A stretch of DNA of 38,436 nt from a virus. Taxonomy: Duplodnaviria; Caudoviricetes. Positions 9,359 to 18,173 of the stretch are shown piece after piece. The position numbers and the translations under genes are program-made. The stretch's first letter is position 1. Every line of letters starts with the position of its first letter. The notes under the pieces were generated by a model. The model worked only from the letters and a program-made list of their open reading frames with translations, searched no databases and was not told the origin of the DNA. Location: the IMG/VR virus record IMGVR_UViG_3300017914_002859, positions 1 through 38,436 of that record; one strand, written 5' to 3'.

Positions 9359-10679
9359 AAAATAATCCTTCAAACTCAGGCACCACGTCAAGAATATTTT
9401 GATTACGTATTAAATCAAGTTTTTTCGTTTCATTTACAAATCTTTCAATGTGATCTTTTGAGTAATCTTCTGATTCCATAAAATCAACTATGCCGTCAAG
9501 TATTTTGCAGAATTCTTTTTTCACTTTATCTGAATAATCTGTACTCATAATCCACGTAATATATTCTTCATACTTTTCTGCCACTTGGTCCTTTATCATT
9601 GCTGGTAAAACTTTTACATTCAAATGCTTTGGTGAATGACACATGTGATGAGTAATAATTGGACGAGGTCCTCGAATAGGATTAAACCTGTCAAGACTAG
9701 ATTCTTCTAGCTTCCATTTCATAAATTCTGGTAAGTGAAACACGTTGTATGGTGTAACTGTGAATGTATACCAACATTTGAGATTAATGTTCAAGTTATC
9801 ATTTAGCTTCTTCATATTACGATATAAATGCTTCCACTTGACAGGACTTCTTTGATATTCTAAGACATCACCATATCCATCAATCGAAACACCGATACGA
9901 ATCTGTTGAAAGTTTTCCCATAACTTTAAAATACGATCTGTCACATTTGTGAGATTAGTATTATATTCGATTTGAATCTCATGTGCACGACCTGAAGCAA
10001 CTAACCTTTCTAATGATTCAATATGCTCTTCAATAATGAGTGGTTCACCACCTACAATATAGAGTTTTTTTGCCCGACCTGTATGTTTTTCAAAATTATT
10101 CCAATAAAAGTTTGAGTCTTTAAACCAATCATATTGATCAGTACTCCATTTACCTTTACTGTTTTTTGTTAATTGAATCAAGTCATGAGTATCTTTATAT
10201 GATGTAGTTTCATGCAGTTTAACAAAATCATCATACCACATATGAGAATCTGTAGGACCACACATACGGCATTTTAAATTACAGAAGTTTCCATAACGAA
10301 TATCGAAATATTCGATAGGAATCTCGTCTGGATTAATCGTTCCATCTTCTTCTGTAATTTCTCTTGCTTCTTCAACTGTTAAATCCCAATCTTCATTTTC
10401 GTATTCTCTACGAGATCTTATTCCATTTATTTCTTCTTGACGGCATCGTTCACATTCTGGATGCCATTCACCTTTAAGCATAGAAGCTCTGACTTCTTTT
10501 ACGATCTCAGCATTGCGAGCTTCAGCTAAATCATCTCGACCAGCATTGTATGGTTCGCCATTCTCTTTTCTCATAATACCTTTATTAGGAGAATACGAGT
10601 TAGTGTTACAACAAATACGAAGATCGCCATTGTTTCTCAAATTAATCGAGTTCCATGCTAATGGACAAAATGTGCTCAT
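9348..10679 (-). CDS. Radical SAM enzyme with N-terminal twitch domain
   Basis: CPLAW...ICC...CERC, then CNLKCRMC, GGEPL, YNTN, SIDG. Confidence 0.92.
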   Translation of the reverse strand: MSTFCPLAWNSINLRNNGDLRICCNTNSYSPNKGIMRKENGEPYNAGRDDLAEARNAEIVKEVRASMLKGEWHPECERCRQEEINGIRSRREYENEDWDLTVEEAREITEEDGTINPDEIPIEYFDIRYGNFCNLKCRMCGPTDSHMWYDDFVKLHETTSYKDTHDLIQLTKNSKGKWSTDQYDWFKDSNFYWNNFEKHTGRAKKLYIVGGEPLIIEEHIESLERLVASGRAHEIQIEYNTNLTNVTDRILKLWENFQQIRIGVSIDGYGDVLEYQRSPVKWKHLYRNMKKLNDNLNINLKCWYTFTVTPYNVFHLPEFMKWKLEESSLDRFNPIRGPRPIITHHMCHSPKHLNVKVLPAMIKDQVAEKYEEYITWIMSTDYSDKVKKEFCKILDGIVDFMESEDYSKDHIERFVNETKKLDLIRNQNILDVVPEFEGLFYER

Positions 10680-11821
10680 TCTATTTCCTCAAGTAGTTTA
10701 TGACATAACGGAAAGTAATCTTGTAAGTATCTATTTCTAGCAAAATCCATCAGAGGAGTGAAAGCTTTCAACTGTTGCATTATTGTCATGTCTTCATCAC
10801 TTTTCATTATGAAATCAAATATATGTTTTTCTGCTTCATATGAATTATTTTTGATGGCGATTTCTATCGCCATTTCTTTCCACTTTGTCGGAATATGTTG
10901 AGGGCTGTATATCGTTGGCCAATAAACAATCGAAGACTTAATATGATCGATCCAAGGATAATCTTCATATGCTTTTTGTCGAAGTTCCCAAAAGTCAAAG
11001 ATAGTGTATGTCTGTACAGTTTGATTAAGACCAAGAGAAAAATGTCCGGACCATTCAACCTCTTCATAAATTTTTCTAACATTATCCCATATTTTATTCC
11101 AGTTAGCCCCGCCTCTTATGTATTCCTGGCCTGACCCGTAACTATCAATTGACACAACAATAATAACATTTTTAAATTGTTTCAATAAATCAAAATATTC
11201 TTTATTAACATTAGTACCATTCGTTGTCATAAAAATTTTAACATTTGTATTCCCAACCTCAATTAACCTTTTCAGAATAGCTTTTGTTTGTGGTTGCACT
11301 GTTGGCTCACCACCTAAAAGCCTTAGATCATACATAGAAGAAGCTTCTTCTAATATTGATGATATATCTGCTTGATTATATTTAGAAGGATCTTCGTCTT
11401 CCCACCAAGGCCAGAGATGCGGGTGTTCAATCGCTTCTTTAAAAAGTTGAGTACTCGCAGATGGTCCACACATTCTACATGCAAGATTACAAAGATTGTT
11501 TAGTCTTAGATCATACGATATAGGAGCATAAAATTCTGTACCACCTTCAATATTTAAACTAGGACTACCTAGATTTTTGTACATTTTATCATATATCATT
11601 CGAGTAGAGTTTTGGCCAACATCTTCTAAATCTTTGCACTCATAACACATTTCTGGAAGTTCTTGTTCTGTCAACATGTGCTTTCTTATATCTTGATAAT
11701 CTTCTCCGCTCCACTCTTGAAAATTTTGATTAGATTTTCGTGGATTTGCTGTGCAACAAAGATGAGATTGTCCACTAGTATCAATGTAACGATGTAAGAA
11801 AGGTGCATGGCAAAGCGTCAT
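10676..11821 (-). CDS. Radical SAM enzyme with N-terminal twitch domain
   Basis: CHAPF...LCC...CYEC, then CNLACRMC, GGEPT, TTNG, SID. Confidence 0.92.
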   Translation of the reverse strand: MTLCHAPFLHRYIDTSGQSHLCCTANPRKSNQNFQEWSGEDYQDIRKHMLTEQELPEMCYECKDLEDVGQNSTRMIYDKMYKNLGSPSLNIEGGTEFYAPISYDLRLNNLCNLACRMCGPSASTQLFKEAIEHPHLWPWWEDEDPSKYNQADISSILEEASSMYDLRLLGGEPTVQPQTKAILKRLIEVGNTNVKIFMTTNGTNVNKEYFDLLKQFKNVIIVVSIDSYGSGQEYIRGGANWNKIWDNVRKIYEEVEWSGHFSLGLNQTVQTYTIFDFWELRQKAYEDYPWIDHIKSSIVYWPTIYSPQHIPTKWKEMAIEIAIKNNSYEAEKHIFDFIMKSDEDMTIMQQLKAFTPLMDFARNRYLQDYFPLCHKLLEEIE

Positions 11822-13227
11822 TTATACCACTCCAACCAATCTAAGTCTGGAAAGACTTCATTAAAATCTAAAAATCTTTGTGTTGCCACTTTATAACACC
11901 ATTCAGAAGTTTCTGGCAATCTTTCTGTCCAGTCTTCTGCTTCCATAAATTTGAGTAGTCCTTCTAAACGTGGAATTCCATATTCAGAATTACGCCATTC
12001 ATCATAATCTGTAGCACCACACATTTGCCAATTTTCTTCAAGATAGGGATACAGTTCTTCTTCAAACTTTTGTCTCACTTCAGCTTTAAACCAGTCTGGT
12101 AAAACTTTTACATTGAGTTGTGGTGGCCAATAGGCTAAATGACAATTAAAAATACCTGCACCCTGTGGCCACTTATTCAGTAACTTAAAGTTTGATTCAA
12201 GTTTCCATTTAATAAACTCTGGTACATAGAAGATATTGATTGCCATGATTGTTGTAGCAGTCGTTAACGTAAGATTCTCGTAAGGATAATCGTCAAGCTT
12301 TCTTATCTGACTTTCAATATCAGGCCAATAAGATGGATAACGTATAAAGTGATTGCGCAATCCAATATCATCTACACTAAAGTGAAAGATTACATTGCGG
12401 AACTGACTCCAAAGTTCGAATAAATCATCTCTCCATTCAAGTCCATTTGAATTATATCGTAACTCGATTTGAGAAGCAATACCATCTTCAATGCATTTTT
12501 CGAGTAACATATAATGTTCATCCATAATCAATGGTTCTCCACCAGCAAAATATAGCTGACGAAGATATGGAAGAGTTTCGTATAACTCATCCCAGAAACT
12601 CGGATTCTTTTTATGCCAGTTATACGATCCACCGGACCATGCTAACTTACCGGAATCCTTTTCCCATTCCATTGACTTTTTGAGATTATTATTTTCAAGT
12701 GTTGGCCATAATTGTTTATGTTCTTTTACCCAGCCGCTAGAATCATGAGGTGAGCACATAACACATGCAAGCTGACACTTGCTACCCATGCGAAGATCGA
12801 TATACCGAATACGTGGCTCGATAGAACCATCTTCTTGAGTTCCTCCAATGATGTCGTCAATTCCAAGCTCATTGATCCATTTCCTTGTTTCCCAAATTCT
12901 TTTTGATCTATGACCCGCTTCTTCTTCCTTAAAACATTTTGTGCATGACTCTGGTTGTTCACCATTCAACATCATACGACGAATACCTTTCATGTACTCG
13001 TTATTCCACGATTCCATGAGTCCAGTCGTAGCAAGATTTGCTGGTTTCCCATCATCACGACGGAGAACACCTGCCTCTGATTTTGATTTGTTTTGTGAAT
13101 CTGCGTTAACTGCTACGCCACTTGCATTCGCTGTGCAGCATACTCTCATATGTCCATTCGGTCGAGTCGATAGGTGTAACCACGGAAGAGCACAGAATGT
13201 TTCACTTGGAAAGTTGTCACTAGCCAT
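11818..13227 (-). CDS. Radical SAM enzyme with N-terminal twitch domain (first gene of the operon)
   Basis: CALPW...VCC...CTKC, then CQLACVMC, GGEPL, YNSNG, SVD. AAGGA upstream. Confidence 0.92.
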   Translation of the reverse strand: MASDNFPSETFCALPWLHLSTRPNGHMRVCCTANASGVAVNADSQNKSKSEAGVLRRDDGKPANLATTGLMESWNNEYMKGIRRMMLNGEQPESCTKCFKEEEAGHRSKRIWETRKWINELGIDDIIGGTQEDGSIEPRIRYIDLRMGSKCQLACVMCSPHDSSGWVKEHKQLWPTLENNNLKKSMEWEKDSGKLAWSGGSYNWHKKNPSFWDELYETLPYLRQLYFAGGEPLIMDEHYMLLEKCIEDGIASQIELRYNSNGLEWRDDLFELWSQFRNVIFHFSVDDIGLRNHFIRYPSYWPDIESQIRKLDDYPYENLTLTTATTIMAINIFYVPEFIKWKLESNFKLLNKWPQGAGIFNCHLAYWPPQLNVKVLPDWFKAEVRQKFEEELYPYLEENWQMCGATDYDEWRNSEYGIPRLEGLLKFMEAEDWTERLPETSEWCYKVATQRFLDFNEVFPDLDWLEWYK

Positions 13228-13242
13228 AATAATCCTTAATAT
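13214..13242 (+). promoter_or_regulatory. Candidate sigma70-like promoter for the glycosyltransferase cassette
   Basis: TTGTCA (13214-13219), 17 nt spacer, TAATAT (13237-13242); a perfect TATAAT also lies at 13242-13247. Confidence 0.4.
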
Positions 13243-13258
13243 ATAATATAGACTACTT

Positions 13259-13266
13259 TATTTATA
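13259..13266 (-). promoter_or_regulatory. T4-type late promoter TATAAATA in front of the radical SAM operon
   Basis: Exact motif in the 48 nt divergent spacer, 31 nt upstream of ATG 13227. Confidence 0.8.
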
Positions 13267-13275
13267 CGGTATATT

Positions 13276-13977
13276 ATGACAGAATTTTTCACTTTGAAAT
13301 GGGGTGACAAATATGGACCAGAATATGTCAATCGACTTTATGGTTCTTTAGTTACTCACTATCATTTTCCTTTTACTCTAACATGTTATACAGACAACCA
13401 TCAAGGCATTCGCGATGAAGTGTCTATACGTGACATACAAGAATTACGTCCATACGACACAGATCGTGTTTTTACATACGAAAAAATTATGTTGATGGAA
13501 AAACATGAACAAGGTATTTGGGTTGATCTCGACATTCTAATACACAAAGATATATCGGTTGTGAGAAAGAATCGTAATGGTATATGTATGATATGGAACC
13601 ATTGGAACGATTACATTCAAAGATCTCTAATGTGGTATGGCAAAGGATCTTCATGCCATGTAAATAGCTCATTCGTCAAGTGGAGAAATGCAGATTGGCT
13701 TGTAAAGTATACTCATGACAATTGGGATAAAATAGAATTTACATACAAATCACTTGACAAATACTTATTTTATCAACATGCTCGTAACGATAGATTGAGT
13801 TATTGGAAAACATCTCTATGCTCAAACTACAATCGTGAAGGATTAGTACTCAAAAACAAAATATCTCTATTCAATACATCACATATCAAAGCAAACAATC
13901 TAAACGAAGTTGCATTTGAATTACATGAAGCCGATGATGAAACTGTAAAGTTGTGGAAAAGTTATGAAACTGTTTAA
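13276..13977 (+). CDS. GT-A fold glycosyltransferase-like protein
   Basis: LKWGDKYGPEYVNRL, CYTD, EKI, DLD (DxD), VNSSFV, DKYL. Confidence 0.75.
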   Translation: MTEFFTLKWGDKYGPEYVNRLYGSLVTHYHFPFTLTCYTDNHQGIRDEVSIRDIQELRPYDTDRVFTYEKIMLMEKHEQGIWVDLDILIHKDISVVRKNRNGICMIWNHWNDYIQRSLMWYGKGSSCHVNSSFVKWRNADWLVKYTHDNWDKIEFTYKSLDKYLFYQHARNDRLSYWKTSLCSNYNREGLVLKNKISLFNTSHIKANNLNEVAFELHEADDETVKLWKSYETV

Positions 13978-14371
13978 CATATATACTAACTATGATTCGA
14001 TTACTTTCCTTGCATGTAATAACATAAAAGACATTCTGAATAAATTAAACGCGATTGAGATTGAAGCAAATGCTATCGATTACGATCCAAAATTTGAGAA
14101 CAGTCAATGGTATCAATGTAAAGACTTTGTTTTTGACGATGTAAATTATCATTCTGAGTTAGTTGTACATATGAATTGTGAAAAGACGTATCCATATATA
14201 AAACATTATGGAGATGTGATTCTTATTGGTGATAATGAAGAACATAGCGGCGATTGCAATCCAGTCTATTCAACACAACAACTCATAAATCAATATCAAC
14301 TTAAACAAGTTTATCAGGAACATATTGTTGAAGGACAAAAAAATCATTATATAGTATGGGGAAAAATATGA
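13964..14371 (+). CDS. Short, degenerate class I SAM methyltransferase-like protein
   Basis: Parallels the next gene (IDYDP/IDLDP, HMNCEK/NTSCEH, DCNPV/HINCV, YIVWGK/YMVIGK) but lacks the Gly-rich motif I. Confidence 0.5.
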   Translation: MKLFNIYTNYDSITFLACNNIKDILNKLNAIEIEANAIDYDPKFENSQWYQCKDFVFDDVNYHSELVVHMNCEKTYPYIKHYGDVILIGDNEEHSGDCNPVYSTQQLINQYQLKQVYQEHIVEGQKNHYIVWGKI

Positions 14372-15051
14372 ATTTAGAAACTTGGCAAATTGAAAGAATG
14401 ATTGAACATGGAGATCCTAAATTCGTATCTCCGATGTTTCACTGGTTTGCACATAATTATCCAAATGAAGTAAATCGATTTGTAGAAAGTATATCACCTA
14501 ATCAAGTGAGATGTAAACAGTGGGCAGCGTATGAACTATGGCAAGTAATCGACGAGCGTAAACAATATTACAGAGAAGACAGATATGATGCAGAAATGAT
14601 TGGAGGCTGGTTTGGCTGGCCAATGCTGAAATACTTATCGCGTGAGATCCCTTTGAATAGAGTACGCAATATAGATCTCGATCCTTTGTGTACAAGTGTT
14701 TCGCATTTTTGTAAAACAAATTTTCAGTTTGATTTTGAGTATATCTTTGTTGAAGACAGCATAATGAACATTAAAGATACCTATTCTCCTCGCATTGTAA
14801 TAAACACTTCATGTGAACATATGCCTCAAATGAAAGATATTATAAAATCGAGAAACTATAATACAGATAAAGCAATATTTGTATTGCAGTCAAATAATAT
14901 GAGAGGCGAACCCGATCATATTAACTGTGTTGATTCTCCAGAAGAATTAGCAGAACAAGCTGGATTTACAAAACTATATTATCGCGGAAGTTTAGAATTT
15001 GAAAATTATACGAGATACATGGTGATTGGAAAATGCAACAATTACAAATAG
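14368..15051 (+). CDS. Class I SAM-dependent methyltransferase-like protein
   Basis: IGGWFG motif I, IDLDP acidic motif II, VINTSCEHM, LQSNN. ATGA overlap supports the 14368 start. Confidence 0.7.
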   Translation: MNLETWQIERMIEHGDPKFVSPMFHWFAHNYPNEVNRFVESISPNQVRCKQWAAYELWQVIDERKQYYREDRYDAEMIGGWFGWPMLKYLSREIPLNRVRNIDLDPLCTSVSHFCKTNFQFDFEYIFVEDSIMNIKDTYSPRIVINTSCEHMPQMKDIIKSRNYNTDKAIFVLQSNNMRGEPDHINCVDSPEELAEQAGFTKLYYRGSLEFENYTRYMVIGKCNNYK

Positions 15052-15614
15052 TTCTTTTGAATACTCCACCGGAATACGGAGAAGATAAATGGGTGAAAAA
15101 TATCAAGTACATGCTCAAAAACGTGAATCAAGAGTATGAAAAAATTCATGTTGTTACAGATGTAGTATATGGGGGTGTTTGGGATAAGCTCAGAGTATTT
15201 GATTTATTTCGAGATGGCCAGTTTCTTTTTTTAGATTTAGACGTTGCTATCACTGGTAAAATAGGACATTTGAAAAGAGAAAGTTTTACGCTATTAACAG
15301 CTTGGTGGAGACCTAAATTTCACACTCCTCTGAATAGCTCAATCATGGCATGGAAAGGTGATTGTTCGTGGATACACGACAAATTCGCAGAAGATCCTGA
15401 GTACTACATGCTCAAATATCATAGAGGTATAGACGAATTTATTTGGAATGAAATCACACAATACGAAACATTTGGATTAGTGTGTGACTCGTATAATTGG
15501 AAGTACGATAACAGTGATAAGTTTCCAATAACATTATACAACCAAGCAAGAGATAAACTATGGGAACACGAGTGTACGCTGTCAGAATCGGAGACAGATA
15601 CGATCAAAGCGTAG
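15033..15614 (+). CDS. GT-A fold glycosyltransferase-like protein
   Basis: WDKLRVF, FLDLDVAI (DxD), LNSSIMAW, GIDEFI. Confidence 0.75.
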   Translation: MQQLQIVLLNTPPEYGEDKWVKNIKYMLKNVNQEYEKIHVVTDVVYGGVWDKLRVFDLFRDGQFLFLDLDVAITGKIGHLKRESFTLLTAWWRPKFHTPLNSSIMAWKGDCSWIHDKFAEDPEYYMLKYHRGIDEFIWNEITQYETFGLVCDSYNWKYDNSDKFPITLYNQARDKLWEHECTLSESETDTIKA

Positions 15615-16222
15615 AAGACTACATCAATTCAAAACTCGATAATGTAACATGGATTCGAGAAGAATCGATCGGTAAACTGCAATGGAATAAACTCATTCCT
15701 ATGAGTCTCGATATCGATGAACCAGTTTGTGTTATCGATATCGATATTGCTTTGATTAATGACTATATGGATATGTTTGAATATCCAATTGAAAGAGGCG
15801 AGTTTATTGCAGCACAGGCATGGTGGAAAGAAAGTGTCAATCCAAAGTATAAGCTGCAAGGTGGATTTCAGAAATATTATCCAAAAGATTGTCGATACAT
15901 TTACGATAAATTTGTTTCGGATTCAAATTATTGGATGGAATATTATATCAAAAACGGAACCACTGTGGGCCCCGTTAATGGTGAGCAGTATTTTATACAA
16001 GATAGCGTCGAGGAAAGATTAAAACTCAAATACCTACCAGAGACATGGACTACGACATGGACCAACTTTGGCCATCATGACAAAGATTACATACTTGACG
16101 CAAACTTACATTATCCTGGAGAGTATTTGTATATCGACGAATTTAATCCTGACGTTCGCCTTCTTCATTTTCAACGGTCGAATACACCTCATAAAGAGTC
16201 GCTAGAAGCTCGAGGGTGGTAG
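15560..16222 (+). CDS. GT-A fold glycosyltransferase-like protein
   Basis: AVRIGDRY, WNKL, IDIDI (DxD), QGGF, GEQYFI, LLHF. Confidence 0.72.
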   Translation: MGTRVYAVRIGDRYDQSVEDYINSKLDNVTWIREESIGKLQWNKLIPMSLDIDEPVCVIDIDIALINDYMDMFEYPIERGEFIAAQAWWKESVNPKYKLQGGFQKYYPKDCRYIYDKFVSDSNYWMEYYIKNGTTVGPVNGEQYFIQDSVEERLKLKYLPETWTTTWTNFGHHDKDYILDANLHYPGEYLYIDEFNPDVRLLHFQRSNTPHKESLEARGW

Positions 16223-16697
16223 TCGACTTACGCATTCTTGCTTTCCAATCACGATTCGAAGAAGATTTGACTTCAGGTAATTCGAAAATTTCAAGCTTCA
16301 ATTTGAAGAATTTTTCTTGATCATTGCCAATATCTTTAATTTCTTGTATTCCGATATTAGCTACGGCTGGTCCTTCTACTTGGATTCCGTCTAACAACTC
16401 GCTATGTGCCGATAAGTCATGCCATCTTTTATCGATGATAGCTGTAATATCTGAAATGTTTTCTTTGAAAATATTGAAATAGTTGAACGTTGTAGCTTCA
16501 GCTTTATTAAACTCAATGTAGTTTTTTTCAAGAGTTTCAACACCAAATTTCTTTAGAATTTTTTTACATTCTTCAGAATTTGGATCATACGTGCAGTGTT
16601 CAATTTTCAGTCCTTCGTCACTTTCAATGTGATAACGAATAAGTGATCTTGAAGTATCGGTGAATCGTGCATAAGTCATTTTTGGTTTAGCGGCCAT
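16143..16697 (-). CDS. Hypothetical protein
   Basis: 184 aa ORF with GAGGA upstream; last gene of the minus-strand structural run; no motif recognised. Confidence 0.7.
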   Translation of the reverse strand: MAAKPKMTYARFTDTSRSLIRYHIESDEGLKIEHCTYDPNSEECKKILKKFGVETLEKNYIEFNKAEATTFNYFNIFKENISDITAIIDKRWHDLSAHSELLDGIQVEGPAVANIGIQEIKDIGNDQEKFFKLKLEIFELPEVKSSSNRDWKARMRKSTTTLELLATLYEVYSTVENEEGERQD

Positions 16698-16709
16698 GAT
16701 ATATCCTCT

Positions 16710-17615
16710 TTAAGCTAAATTCAAATAATATGTAGTTTGTACAGTAGCACTTCCTGTTGGAGTACTTGTACTGTTATAGTTAGGATTGCTAAAGCTCTGT
16801 GTATTGCTTGCTGTAGTTTGGCGAGTATCTGTAAATGTTCCTCTATTTACACCAGAAGGTGCAGAAGTAATAACGGTATAAAGTAAGTCGCCGCTACTCA
16901 TTCTACGTGTCAACGCTGGCAGTAGAACGTTCTGAATTAAATTATTGCTATTCAGAATCCCTCTTTCTTTCAAGTCACTACCGTCGAGACCGACTGGTTC
17001 AATGTCAGATCCAGGAACAGTACCTAGAGCAGTTTTCAACCAAAGCTTGTATGTAGTTGTTCCTGCATCATACGTCGAATCTGTGTACCACGTTCCTTTA
17101 TCGGCCCATGTTCCTGCACCTCCATCTGTAGGAGTTGTAGTTGAAATACGATACGTACCTACTTCATCTCCTGTTCTCATGTCGGTAATGCATTGTGCTA
17201 GAACTTCATCATATAAATGTGAGGCGGTATTTGCAGTTTGAACAGCACCAGCAGTGTTATCATAAAAAGCATAGCCATCAGCATTGAGTGTAGAAGCAGA
17301 AGGAAATGAAGGAACAGTTTGATCTTGCTGATAGTTGAAAGTCGAATCAGTTTCAGTTCCTAATCCTGGGTAAGCAGGAAAAGTCTGAATGATACCGTCA
17401 TTTACAATTCTAACTGTTGTTGCTGTTTGCTGAGTTGAACTTGTATCTGATGCAGATCCAATTGATGTTTGTGAAGATCCAACAGAAATAGATCCATCAC
17501 CTCCAGCGTCTAGTTGAGCAGCGTAAGCAACTCTTAAGTAATATTGTAACCGATCTAAATCGGCGTCTGACATAGATTCTAAATTGCCAGAAAGAAATTC
17601 AAGTGGTCTAACCAT
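16710..17615 (-). CDS. Probable virion structural protein (Thr/Ser/Gly-rich)
   Basis: 301 aa, beta-strand-like T/S/G/D composition, tightly packed in the baseplate/fibre gene run. Confidence 0.6.
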   Translation of the reverse strand: MVRPLEFLSGNLESMSDADLDRLQYYLRVAYAAQLDAGGDGSISVGSSQTSIGSASDTSSTQQTATTVRIVNDGIIQTFPAYPGLGTETDSTFNYQQDQTVPSFPSASTLNADGYAFYDNTAGAVQTANTASHLYDEVLAQCITDMRTGDEVGTYRISTTTPTDGGAGTWADKGTWYTDSTYDAGTTTYKLWLKTALGTVPGSDIEPVGLDGSDLKERGILNSNNLIQNVLLPALTRRMSSGDLLYTVITSAPSGVNRGTFTDTRQTTASNTQSFSNPNYNSTSTPTGSATVQTTYYLNLA

Positions 17616-17617
17616 AA

Positions 17618-17968
17618 TTATGATCCCGGTGAGTACATTGTTTTAAGTGTTGATCCTGATGCGTCTTTTACGAGTAAAATTTCAACGTTTTTAAAGAAAG
17701 ACGAAGTAATTGTGTTTGGAGCTATACTGAAAGATCTTTGATCGGAATCGAACAAAATTCCTCCTGCGCTATCTGATTGAAAATCAACATTTCCTTGCTG
17801 TATTTCGTTCAAAGCTGCAACTAAACTTGATTTATCAGTAGTTGTTAATGAACTAAGTGTTCCAACACTAGAGTCAAGATTACCCGCATCCGTAACGAGT
17901 GCGTTTGTTTTGTTCACAAACGTTGAAAACGGATCGGAGAGATTAACCGTTGTTGCTGTTATTGCCAT
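17618..17968 (-). CDS. Short fibre-like structural protein
   Basis: DPFSTFVNKTN and LSSLTTTDKSSLVAALNEI segments typical of phage fibre/whisker coiled coils. Confidence 0.55.
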   Translation of the reverse strand: MAITATTVNLSDPFSTFVNKTNALVTDAGNLDSSVGTLSSLTTTDKSSLVAALNEIQQGNVDFQSDSAGGILFDSDQRSFSIAPNTITSSFFKNVEILLVKDASGSTLKTMYSPGS

Positions 17969-18173
17969 CTTTTTCCTCTATTAACTTTGCCATCATCTCT
18001 TTCATGTATGCAACGTCACTTTTGAGAGCAGATAACTCGTCTTGCTGTTCTCTCCATAATTTTTTTCTCTTTCTTGCTTGTGTCATTTCGCCACTATTGA
18101 TATTTACAATAGCACCGGTATTTCTATCACGTGCGAGATTCGAATGTCCTTTGACTTTAATGTATTTATTCAT
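17943..18173 (-). CDS. Small conserved hypothetical protein of T4-like phages
   Basis: IKVKGHSNLARDRNTGAIVN plus a C-terminal coiled coil; TAATG coupling to the upstream gene. Confidence 0.7.
   Translation of the reverse strand: MNKYIKVKGHSNLARDRNTGAIVNINSGEMTQARKRKKLWREQQDELSALKSDVAYMKEMMAKLIEEKDGNNSNNG

Noticed and set aside
589-13227. RiPP biosynthetic cluster (radical SAM/SPASM peptide maturases)
   Set aside because: No room for, or sign of, a precursor peptide, and no evident RRE/PqqD domain, protease or transporter. A distant precursor cannot be excluded.
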